DNA of 48,667 nucleotides from a virus (taxonomy: Duplodnaviria; Caudoviricetes), in IMG/VR virus record IMGVR_UViG_3300010223_000004, positions 1-48,667 of that record. One strand, given 5' to 3'. The translations under genes were made by a program, and so were the position numbers. The notes beneath the pieces are model-generated. The model was not told where the DNA came from. It searched no databases and saw nothing but the letters and a program-made list of their open reading frames with translations. Positions 37,601 to 45,781 of the stretch are shown piece after piece. Every line of letters begins with the position of its first letter. Positions within the stretch are counted from its first letter, which is position 1.

Positions 37601-38821
37601 ATTGTTTCCAAGCCAATCCGGGCGGCGGTTAGTTTTGTCAACGAAAAGCTAATCGGTAATCTCAATAAAATCCCCGGCGTTAAGATCAAAAAGATACCTA
37701 AGTTCGCTACGGGTGGTCCTGTCCGCGGACCTGGCACGGGGACCTCGGACTCGATCCTGGCGCGGCTGTCCAAGGGCGAGCACGTGCTCACCGCTCAGGA
37801 TGTCAAGCTCATGGGGGGTCATGGTCGAGTAGAAGCCATGAGGGCCGCTGCTAAGGCGGGGCAGTTCCAGATTCCCGGGTATGCCAAGGGTGGTCGAGTT
37901 TGGCCTACCTCCACCAAGGCGACGGGACGAGGATACCCGGGACATACCGGTATCGATTTCCCCGCCCCAATGGGTGCACCGGTCTACGCTGCCGCTCCCG
38001 GTATGATCATGTCTACTCCGCGTCTTGGGGTTTCCTACGGTCATCACATTAACCAGATGGCCGGACCGTACCACCTTATCTACGCGCACTTGTCGAGCAT
38101 CATGGCTAAGGCCGGTCAGATAGTTAAGGGTGGAGAAGTAATCGGACGTGTCGGCAGTACCGGCAACTCGACCGGGCCGCACCTACACTTCGAGGTTCGT
38201 CCTCCAGGTACTCAAAGTGGATCGCTGTCCTGGCTGCACGGAGCCAACTTCAAGGGCAGTGCTGGCATGATGGGCAACTTCATGCAGGATGAGCCGGAAA
38301 TCTCTGCTATGGACTGGCTCAAGGACAAGTTCGGAATCAACAAGATCATTGACGCGATCAAGGGATGGTTCAAGGGCAAGGCCGGCGTATTTTCATCTAG
38401 CGACATGTTCGGGCTGATGAACGACACCATCAACAAGGTGTGGCAGAAGATCAAGGATACTGTCGGCAATATCAAAGACGTAGCCTCGAACATGGCTAAG
38501 TCTGTGGGCGGAAAGATCAAGGGCCTGTTCGGGTTCGATAGCGGAGGTATCGCACGCGGTACCGGCATGATGCCTAAGAACACGATCAAGCCGGAACGGG
38601 TTCTATCGCCCCGAGAGACGGTCGCGTTCGAGAAGATGCGGGAAGAAGGATTCCAGCCGCGTATCAGCGGAGAGGTAAGCCTGGACCGCCGATCTATCGA
38701 AGAATTGGCCGTGATGATCGCGGAAAACATTCTGAGAGGGTCGGCTATGGTGGCTAATGACCTAGACAATCGCAGGGAATTCATCTCGAATCGAGATTCC
38801 CTGCTGGGAGGCTTGCTGTGA
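34673..38821 (+). CDS. Tape measure protein with C-terminal M23 peptidase domain
   Basis: 1382 aa; periodic W/F amphipathic repeats; GPGTGTSDSI; HTGID...YAHLS...GSTGNSTGPHLHFEV. Confidence 0.96.
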   Translation: MAGGFDAGRAVLSVEAELDKSSLDKVSRDAAGRLRDSRGRFIKEGRETGKAYGNAFAWNTQAMIQSQTAKIASSGTKIGDNFVKNVSRSFSKLGGLVAAPFSKTIGTFVSGFRSSEVAASAFSGRLGTLGGHARRSLQPIVDSTNRFVRGFQDSTFAAASYSGALGTLGGVARRVLQPAISTVRGIGSAFSRVGATVGRVVAPAFGAIGRAASSAGGIAQRALGGLRRVAGTVAGGLGSIASSASNAFGAIIRGADQAASRMVSFGKEMTIATAPIQALVGDALFGGAKRLMTLENARSLLNTIGAETEKVMASVDRAVTGTRFALNEAADMGALLAAAGFDAGKETERWLSATADIAQASGRSFGEISYTMTEVAQSGRAMGGELRQLPLAVSALADELGVSQDEVRRLASEGEITSDVWIRAIEKAYGGISKGAGTTFQSALANIRTAMARLGAGFLEPIFGVLRDAMLEAIPVIDKFGDNAAAAGQVVASGISWMIEAFKALPSPIQKAVGILAGFLAAIGPISIVAGTLLPVLANIGKVFMFLLKPIGLLISVVKVLWVNLKMLAVAFTWISAPILVAIAAIAAIGVALVLLYKKNETFRNAVQAAWEWVKNAVVQAWEGYIKPALAAFANFVTGTLWPAIQAFWNNGVKPVFQALGSFIAAVWTGVIWPALKAFGAFLVGPLWSGVKTVFGGIISAFQTVGKAVSDVWKIYIQPPLMEWIGFFRSVFGPVFSWLYTSVIQPVFNGIVAAVQFAWANIMPALTAVWTFISTILSPALNTLGVIFRTVFTVVGTIVSAAWAIIQPIFNAISTVIRSVVIPSIQFFGSILLSSFGLITAAIKLWWNGVAKPIFTLFMMLIRTVVVPVIQFLWNIFRTVFNAIMTVIRTWWNVVVRPIFNAVVAFIRNVLGPIFRWLWNSIVSPVFGWIGSKISGVWNGTIRPAFDGIRAGARKVGEAFGAAKDAVSRAWDKLKSIVSKPIRAAVSFVNEKLIGNLNKIPGVKIKKIPKFATGGPVRGPGTGTSDSILARLSKGEHVLTAQDVKLMGGHGRVEAMRAAAKAGQFQIPGYAKGGRVWPTSTKATGRGYPGHTGIDFPAPMGAPVYAAAPGMIMSTPRLGVSYGHHINQMAGPYHLIYAHLSSIMAKAGQIVKGGEVIGRVGSTGNSTGPHLHFEVRPPGTQSGSLSWLHGANFKGSAGMMGNFMQDEPEISAMDWLKDKFGINKIIDAIKGWFKGKAGVFSSSDMFGLMNDTINKVWQKIKDTVGNIKDVASNMAKSVGGKIKGLFGFDSGGIARGTGMMPKNTIKPERVLSPRETVAFEKMREEGFQPRISGEVSLDRRSIEELAVMIAENILRGSAMVANDLDNRREFISNRDSLLGGLL

Positions 38822-40231
38822 GCTACGGGACCGGCCCCCTACGGGGTAGGCACATACGGTACGACAGCGTTCGTGCCTGGAGAGGTTATGTTTACTGCAT
38901 TTCCTGAACCGGACCACCGTCCGCCTCGTGTCCGCCTCGTGCTTGATACCAACGATCCGAACGTGCTGATCCGCACTGCGACGATTACGCGAGATGGGCG
39001 ACCGATCCGAGCTGAGATCCCTGCGGGTGGATCGCAGATCATCGTCTACGACTACGAGATGCCCTACGACACCCTGCTGACCTATCGAGCGGTTGGGCAG
39101 ACTGTCGATCTGAACGGCGAGGTCACGGCATGGCTGGAAACGTGGGACAACACGTCGGCCTGGGCGGTTGTCGGGTCTTGGTCTACGTCTCCTGGCGAGG
39201 TTTGGACCAATACAGCTACAGGTCCCACACTGACCCGTGCTCTGCCTGCCGAGGTGAGCACTATCAACGTCTACGGACCTGTGCAGGGAGCGGTGGACCT
39301 GCTTGATAATGGAAACAACCGAATCGCCACCTTGTATACATCGGTTCTCACCAGCACGGGAACAGACCGTTGGTGGCTCTACAACAAAAACGGGCAGGTT
39401 GTCGCAACTGGCTTGTATACGCGGGAAACTTCGGTGTTCCAGTTCCGTATCGGTGCTGGAACAATATCCATGCAGATCAACGGGACGACGACTTCACTTC
39501 CGAACGTCGATCCACCCGCCAAGATCGTTCTTCGCCCCAACGGGTTGAGCCCATCCCCGTACCGATTCTTCACTATCGAGGTTCTCGAAGCCGAACCGGT
39601 GGTCGCAGACTACGACGAGACGGCTACGACTATTCTCGAAGGTATCGAGTACATCTGGATGGTTCATGTCACTCATCCGGGGCTATCTGTGCCTATCAGT
39701 ACCGATCCCTGCGCCGCCGAGGTAGCTGCAGTCGCCCTAGGCACAGCGGAGGAAACTACTTACGCAGCGTCGGTAGCCGATTTCGATATCCCCGGACGCA
39801 AGCGGCGTGTTCGAAACCGGGTCGGCGTGCGTTCTGACGGAGTATGGACCATGCTGCTGGACACGTCCACGCTAGAGCAGCGGGACGAGATTCTCGTAAT
39901 GCACGAGGACCAAACGCCGTTCCTGCTGCGCACTCCTGCAGCTATCCGTGAGGGTATCAACCCGGACAACTGCCGTCTTCCTAACGATTGGGACCTGCCG
40001 GATGGATACTACGGGGTTGACGATCTCGTGGTTCGTCGTCCGTCTCAACCTCTGCATCGGGCATATCGAGAGATTCGTCTGCCTCTCGTACCGCTGGACT
40101 ACCCTGAGGTCATCCTGCAGCCTGATTGGACGTATGGAGTAGTGGCAACTACTTACAACACGTACCAACAGGTCCTCGATACGAACGACTCGTATACGAC
40201 CCTGCTGCTCGGAACAGGAGATCCGGTCTAA
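38818..40231 (+). CDS. Minor tail protein (apparent +1 frameshift near the 5' end; intact frame from 38873)
   Basis: Follows the tape measure gene; removing one C at 38835-38839 gives MSYGTGPYGVGTYG in frame from the GTGA overlap. Confidence 0.8.
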
Positions 40232-41388
40232 TGGCTTGGCCTATTTCAGAACGATGGCTGGCGGCCCGGGACGCTGGCGTATCCCTGCTGTTCGAGCTGA
40301 CCTGCACTACCCCGGACGGTACGGAGCTTACGTTAGACCCGATCTCCCTTTCGGTAAGTAAGAAGCTAGGAACCAATTCGTCATTTACCGCTGAGACGGC
40401 TATTGCTGTTCAAGATAGGAATCAGGAAGCGATTTTCCGTGCGGTAACTTCTCCTGGATCGGTTTTCCATGTGCGAGCCGGAGCGGACTTCGGGGCGCTA
40501 ACTCGTGAGTGGATTCCGATGGGGCGGTATGTTCTGTCACGCAACTCCTGGCCATATAGAGAGTCCATTCGCCTATCGCTGACCGACTGCTGGCAAACTC
40601 TGGAACAGGCTCGGTTCAGTTCCCCGTACTCCCCTCCGGGCAACACGCGTGCTGATGCGGTGGCTCTGATGGTCAACCAGGCGATGCCGAACGTTGTGAT
40701 CGTCAATAATCTTGTCGGTGACGGTGGTAGCTACCAGCGGGGGGCTGCGTGGGAACGATCTCGTACTGAGTCGATTCAACAGATCGCCAAGGACGGGGAA
40801 TTTGAGGCGGCGTTTATTGCTGACGGAACATTCCGACTTCGCCCCAACCCTGTCATCCAGAACGGGCGGGTTGTCGCTCGATTCACGGATGCGTCCGGTA
40901 ATGAGATATCCCAAGACTCGAACGCTAACATCATCTCCCTCGACAGGGAGATTCCGTTCGACCGGATGTACAACCGTGTTGTTGTGAAGCCGATTGACGA
41001 AACGCAGACATGGGCTCCGCAAATGGCCACGGTCAGTGAGTCATGGCACCCCCGCAACCCGGTCAATATGGGACAGCAGGTCGGTGGTGGGCCGCTCTAC
41101 GTGCCCTACTTCTACGCCAGCCCGACGATCACCAATGCGGCGGTGGCTCGGTCGGTGGCGAAGGTGATGTTGGCGAATGTCGTCAACAACGCCAACCCCC
41201 TGCGGATCGACACCTATAACCAGCCGCACATCGAACCGGGCGATACAGTAGGTGTAACGGATGAGGCGAATATCGTCTCTGGATTCTGGCTTGTCGAGGA
41301 AGTGACCTACGATCTGATGACTGGTGCAACGTCCCTCACCTGCCGGGATACGTCCCTGCCGGAGATGGAGGAAGAAGAAGAAGCATGA
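40231..41388 (+). CDS. Minor tail protein (hub/Tal-like)
   Basis: Synteny; YNRVVV and PHIEPGDTV motifs. Confidence 0.8.
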   Translation: MAWPISERWLAARDAGVSLLFELTCTTPDGTELTLDPISLSVSKKLGTNSSFTAETAIAVQDRNQEAIFRAVTSPGSVFHVRAGADFGALTREWIPMGRYVLSRNSWPYRESIRLSLTDCWQTLEQARFSSPYSPPGNTRADAVALMVNQAMPNVVIVNNLVGDGGSYQRGAAWERSRTESIQQIAKDGEFEAAFIADGTFRLRPNPVIQNGRVVARFTDASGNEISQDSNANIISLDREIPFDRMYNRVVVKPIDETQTWAPQMATVSESWHPRNPVNMGQQVGGGPLYVPYFYASPTITNAAVARSVAKVMLANVVNNANPLRIDTYNQPHIEPGDTVGVTDEANIVSGFWLVEEVTYDLMTGATSLTCRDTSLPEMEEEEEA

Positions 41389-41582
41389 GACTCGATATCG
41401 AGGCGGCTATCAGCCGTAAATGCACCTGCACCCAGGTTTCCCCGTTCATGGTCCGCATCGACGGGTACGGAGACCCTATCCCTGCTGTCAGAATCCCCGA
41501 ACAGACTTGGACCGTTGGAGATACGGGACGAGCTATTTTCGATCCCCCCGCCCATCCTCTCTGCGTTAGGACTACACGATAA
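41385..41582 (+). CDS. Small tail-associated protein
   Basis: ATGA-coupled, beta-rich, 65 aa. Confidence 0.55.
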   Translation: MRLDIEAAISRKCTCTQVSPFMVRIDGYGDPIPAVRIPEQTWTVGDTGRAIFDPPAHPLCVRTTR

Positions 41583-42046
41583 TGGGTACTACACCGATCC
41601 TCGGCCTGCCTTTCCCCGAGTACAACGACCAGCCCGACGTCCCTGCAGATATGCGGGCGCTGGCTTACGCTATCGAGGACATTCTAAAGATTGGTCCAGT
41701 CGTCACTACCGGGGTGTTCACGCCTCAACCGGGATGGTCACTGGTAAATGGTTCTTGGGCTCCTGTCGGTATGCAGGCCATTATCAAACTAGTGGTCCAG
41801 CGCACTGGTGGCACCATCACCGTCCCTGCGAACGGCGACATCACTAACCAGACCATTGCGGTTATCAACAATCCGCTCTACCGTCCCCGTATTACTGCCG
41901 GTCTGGCGATGTACAGAACTGGTCGATTGACTGGCGGTTATGTCGGTCAGGGGGGCGATATCGTCCTCAGTAGCGTTGCAGGAGGCGCGAACATCTCTAA
42001 CGGCAACCAGCTTGAGCTCGGTGGCCTCATCGTTCGCCGTGGCTAG
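41582..42046 (+). CDS. Minor tail/fibre protein
   Basis: MGTTPILGLPFPE..D.PDVPADMRALA N-terminal motif of actinophage minor tail proteins. Confidence 0.75.
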   Translation: MGTTPILGLPFPEYNDQPDVPADMRALAYAIEDILKIGPVVTTGVFTPQPGWSLVNGSWAPVGMQAIIKLVVQRTGGTITVPANGDITNQTIAVINNPLYRPRITAGLAMYRTGRLTGGYVGQGGDIVLSSVAGGANISNGNQLELGGLIVRRG

Positions 42047-42642
42047 ATGTTGATGACAGGAGTGTCCCACCGTTCTGGAACGCCAGTGCGGTGGGCTACT
42101 CTTTTCACCTTGGCGCTGTGGTGCTTAACGAGTCCCTCAGTGTCCCGATGATCTACTAAAGATGGCCACGTATACATGACTGGTACATCGTTCTCCCTGG
42201 CCCAAGCACCTAGCCGCTGGTCATAGGGCAGCTGATAATCAAATTTCAGAATGCTGGGGATGTACTTGCTAGGCAGGGCGATCCCGACACCCCACAGCAG
42301 GTCATCGTGGCGGAGCCACGAAGCCCCTTGCCGGTCGGCTTGGGAAATGGCCTTACGTACGGACCGTTGCATAGGCCGACCCGTGCCCACGTAGAACGAG
42401 ATAATCGCATCCGGGTACTGCTCTATGGCCTGCTCAGCGGCGTCGTAGAATCCCGGCACAGGTAGAGCGTCGTCCTGCAGGATCACCCCGTGCTCGGAGT
42501 CGATGATGTCGAGAGCGCGGCTGTGCGTATTCCATTCGTCGTTCGAGTGGTCCCAGATAATCATGGAAGCATCCGAGCGTTCAGCGGTATCTAGGGCCAT
42601 TCGAGCGCGCTTGGGGTGCGCGGCGATAACAACTTCCATCAT
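42043..42642 (-). CDS. Glycosyltransferase (GT-A fold)
   Basis: AHPKR, VILQDDALP DxD-type motif, PSLVDH. Confidence 0.8.
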   Translation of the reverse strand: MMEVVIAAHPKRARMALDTAERSDASMIIWDHSNDEWNTHSRALDIIDSEHGVILQDDALPVPGFYDAAEQAIEQYPDAIISFYVGTGRPMQRSVRKAISQADRQGASWLRHDDLLWGVGIALPSKYIPSILKFDYQLPYDQRLGAWARENDVPVMYTWPSLVDHRDTEGLVKHHSAKVKRVAHRTGVPERWDTPVINI

Positions 42643-43126
42643 TCCTCCCAAAATGATTTCGGGGAAGTGACGCTTTCACAACCCCACCACACACACCGTC
42701 TGGGCCTTTATCCGGCCATGACGGCTCAACACCCGACACCCGAGCCCCATAGAGATCATAGGAAACCGGGCTGGAAGCCTCTCTCAAGTTTTCCCAATCT
42801 ATAAGTAGTGGTCCTCGGGTCGGATGGATAACGACATTCACTAAATCGATATCGCAGTGCCAGAATCCAGCATCGTGCACCCGTTGAATCAATTCTTTAA
42901 GTGGGTCCCGGTATTTTCTCGATAGATCAGTGCCCAGATTGATAATCGGAGTGCATCTCTCTGTTTCGATCCACCATTCGTTATGACATAACAAAGCTGG
43001 GCATGCCCACGGTATTTCGGTGTACGCCCTAACCTCATTTGCATATCTATTAGGGCCGTCCGGGTGATCTTTCATGTCCTTGAGGACGGAATTGAAGCGT
43101 ATTTCGATTTTGGATAAACCCATCAC
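42581..43126 (-). CDS. Protein-kinase-like phosphotransferase (APH/RIO/Kdo-kinase fold), 3' end probably frameshifted
   Basis: VLK, NEVRAY, WHCDIDLVNVV catalytic loop, LLIDWE metal-binding motif. Confidence 0.8.
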   Translation of the reverse strand: MMGLSKIEIRFNSVLKDMKDHPDGPNRYANEVRAYTEIPWACPALLCHNEWWIETERCTPIINLGTDLSRKYRDPLKELIQRVHDAGFWHCDIDLVNVVIHPTRGPLLIDWENLREASSPVSYDLYGARVSGVEPSWPDKGPDGVCGGVVKASLPRNHFGRNDGSCYRRAPQARSNGPRYR

Positions 43127-44601
43127 AGTGCTTTCGCCTTATGCAGCCACCAAGCGTGTTCAGACCCGATAGAGGACTTGAACACCTGGGTTACCTGCGG
43201 ACCAGTAATCAATCTATCCCCGAAGTACTTGTAGACGATCAATTGGAATAGCCCCATGTCGCCAACACCTATAGTTTTGGTTTCCCAACCCATAATGAAG
43301 TCGATTTGATCGTCAAAATAGAACTTGATAATCCGTTGAGCTAATTCCATGACGATTTCCCGATCCCCGCCCACTACACCGGCATTGAGCAATGGTAGGG
43401 TCGGATTCTCGGTGAGGAACTTTTGAATAGCTGCATCAGGGTGGTTCTTGATAATCCACTCATTGCGCAGGGTATCGGGTTCCCAGCCACAGTAGAGTTT
43501 TCCGGGCTCCATCTCTGGGAAAGGGTCATGATTCATCGTCACGTCGGCGGCATCGACCGCCCACACTCTGCCGACGTGAGGGTTATCCCTCAACCATCTG
43601 TAGATTTGAAGCCAGCGCTCGATATAAGGGTTGATGTGCTGCGTCACCCGAACAATCTCCGCGTTCGGGAGCCGCTCTCGGTTCTTCAGACCAGTAGTCA
43701 ACACGATGAAGTCAGTATTCAGTGAATCGTGCAACGCTTGGATATGGCGCGCGTCGGAGTCCATAGTCTTTCCCCGCTGCGGGTCCGGCTGCGCGGTGAG
43801 CATGGTGGTCAATACAACGTCGGATAGTTCCCGGTATTCGACGTATGACGGGTCATGCCGCCCCTGCATACGCAACTCAAGGCCGGGACCTTCGGAGTAC
43901 CGTCTAGCCTCTTGAGTGATCGTGGACTTTATCTCGCCGTACTGGTCCATGCTGTGCAGCAGCTTGTCGCTGCCCTTCACGTCAGCGTAGCGCCAGGTAG
44001 TGAGACCTGCGGCATGAATACGGTCCGACAGATTCACGTGCTCCCAATTGCCGAGACCGAACTCGGGACGCATACCCCCAACCACTTCGATAGCAGAGCG
44101 GTGGAAGTACAGCGCGCATCCTCTGGTGGCGTGATAGGCGATGTGCTGCTCGTCCTCGTAGAGAATTTCCAGCTGACGCTTGGATACTCCCGGGGGACGG
44201 TCGAACGCCCACATGAGATGAGGTTCCGGTGAATCTATGTATGGTTGATACCAACCATCGGAAATCGGGTAGCAGTCGTCATCCAGTAGGAACAGGTGCT
44301 CTACTCTCAGGTCCATGAGAATCTCAAGACACTTGTTCTTGGCCCGCGCTACGCCGACATTCGTGTCGAACCTATGGGACACTCCCTCGACGGGCACCTT
44401 ACTAGCGTCATCCACAACGACGATAGGAACGTCAGCAGGGGTGTGCTGCTGAATATGGTCCAGTGTCTTGGCTAGCGCATCCGGGCGGTTCCGAGTAGTA
44501 ATCGCCACACCTATAGACGGTACAGCGGTTGAATCAGCGGGCCGGTACTCAACGTTATCTATGATGACCTTTGGCAACTTGATCCCCGAAACGGTAGTCA
44601 T
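43123..44601 (-). CDS. Two-domain glycosyltransferase (N-terminal GT2 family)
   Basis: ITTRNRP, VVVDDAS, GVARAKN, FLLDDD; second domain with DAADV and LLNAGVVGG. Confidence 0.9.
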   Translation of the reverse strand: MTTVSGIKLPKVIIDNVEYRPADSTAVPSIGVAITTRNRPDALAKTLDHIQQHTPADVPIVVVDDASKVPVEGVSHRFDTNVGVARAKNKCLEILMDLRVEHLFLLDDDCYPISDGWYQPYIDSPEPHLMWAFDRPPGVSKRQLEILYEDEQHIAYHATRGCALYFHRSAIEVVGGMRPEFGLGNWEHVNLSDRIHAAGLTTWRYADVKGSDKLLHSMDQYGEIKSTITQEARRYSEGPGLELRMQGRHDPSYVEYRELSDVVLTTMLTAQPDPQRGKTMDSDARHIQALHDSLNTDFIVLTTGLKNRERLPNAEIVRVTQHINPYIERWLQIYRWLRDNPHVGRVWAVDAADVTMNHDPFPEMEPGKLYCGWEPDTLRNEWIIKNHPDAAIQKFLTENPTLPLLNAGVVGGDREIVMELAQRIIKFYFDDQIDFIMGWETKTIGVGDMGLFQLIVYKYFGDRLITGPQVTQVFKSSIGSEHAWWLHKAKAL

Positions 44602-44951
44602 GGAAGCGGGTATTTGAGGGCTTCGAAATCCCCGGACACGTATCCTTCGATTAGACGGTTCATGGCGTCGCTGATAGTCATATCCTGACCCGCTGCCCGC
44701 TCTTTGAACGCATCCCAACGGTCGTCACTGACCCGAACTGAGTGGAGAGGGTTCTTGGAAGGCTTCTCCCCTCGATCTACCTCGAACCCATGCAGTTCGA
44801 TATTGCCGTCATTGAAAGCACGTACCAGACGGTTGATCGCCTCACTGGCAGTAATGTAGTCGGATGCGGCGACTTCCTTGAACGCCTGCCACCGTTCCTC
44901 GGGGACTTTGACACCTCGAAGCGGGATACGAATGCCATTAGGCCTGCGCAT
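44598..44951 (-). CDS. Tandem ribbon-helix-helix DNA-binding protein
   Basis: Two repeats: GVKVPEERWQAFKEVA...SEAINRLV and SVRVSDDRWDAFKERA...SDAMNRLI. Confidence 0.8.
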   Translation of the reverse strand: MRRPNGIRIPLRGVKVPEERWQAFKEVAASDYITASEAINRLVRAFNDGNIELHGFEVDRGEKPSKNPLHSVRVSDDRWDAFKERAAGQDMTISDAMNRLIEGYVSGDFEALKYPLP

Positions 44952-45002
44952 ATTTTGTTCCTCTGTCAGAGCTATTGTCTTACATATAGCATAATATAAA
45001 AG

Positions 45003-45105
45003 GGAAACACCCGGCGAGCTCGACCTGGGTAACGGAAGTCGAATGGCCGGGTGTTTCCGAAAGGCGGGGCGACTGATCGAGGGGTAGCGCTCGTCAACTG
45101 GCCCC
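45003..45105 (-). ncRNA. Two TIGR-like guide units (45066-45105, 45003-45058)
   Basis: 13-bp stem ggaaacacccggc/gccgggtgtttcc around CA-ttcgacttc-CGTTACCCA-ggtcgagct-C; 5-bp stem ggggc/gcccc around CA-gttgacgag-CGCTACCCC-tcgatcagt-C. Confidence 0.78.
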
Positions 45106-45162
45106 TGTGCCCGCGACGGGATGCGAACCCGCCCTAGGCGCGCGTGCGCGGGCTGTGGTCTT

Positions 45163-45720
45163 TTACTTTTCAGAGCGGCACTCGTCGGCCTTGGCCGTGT
45201 AATCATCCAGCGAGAACGACCTGCTGATCTGGTCCAACTCTTGTACCGACTTCTCCATAGCCGTCAGATCGTAGGTGTCGATAGCCATGAAGATGTCGGA
45301 GGCGACCAGCATCGCATCCCCGAGCTGCGCCAGCTTGGCGTCTGCCAGGTCGAGAGCGGCGGTGCAGGAGTCGGGGGTAACGGTGACCTTCTTCTCCTTC
45401 ACGACCTCTTTCTCAACCGGCACCTCGACCTCTTTCTCCACGATCTTCTCGACGGGAACCTCGACCTTCTTCTCGACGGTCTTGACCTCGGGAGGACCGC
45501 CCGCACCGTAGACGCCGAGAGCGCTGCCGATGATGAACGCAGACGTACCAACCGCTACAGGTACGATCCACCGCTTCCATGAGGGACGCTTACCGTCTGC
45601 ATCCTGCGCCTGTTTCGGGGACGTGTGATCCGTCCACTGCGATCCGTCGTAGTACCGAAGGGTCTTATCGTCCTCGGGGTTGTCGTACCATCCGGCGTCG
45701 GTGCGGGTGTTCTCGGTCAT
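45163..45720 (-). CDS. DUF2510-like membrane protein with VEK repeats
   Basis: AGWYDNPED...LRYYDGSQWT, one TM, KVEVPVEK repeats. Confidence 0.8.
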   Translation of the reverse strand: MTENTRTDAGWYDNPEDDKTLRYYDGSQWTDHTSPKQAQDADGKRPSWKRWIVPVAVGTSAFIIGSALGVYGAGGPPEVKTVEKKVEVPVEKIVEKEVEVPVEKEVVKEKKVTVTPDSCTAALDLADAKLAQLGDAMLVASDIFMAIDTYDLTAMEKSVQELDQISRSFSLDDYTAKADECRSEK

Positions 45721-45781
45721 TTTGTGTGTCCTTTCGTGTGGTTGTTATACGTACAGTATAACACATCCTCGGAGGTGTCAA

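Noticed and set aside
27129-37791. Long alternative-frame and antisense ORFs (e.g. 27129-28640, 31322-32194, 36502-37563)
   Set aside because: Shadow ORFs of GC-rich genuine genes, with no protein-like motifs.
45109-45153. Third hairpin next to the 45003-45105 units
   Set aside because: 31-nt interior without the conserved boxes.
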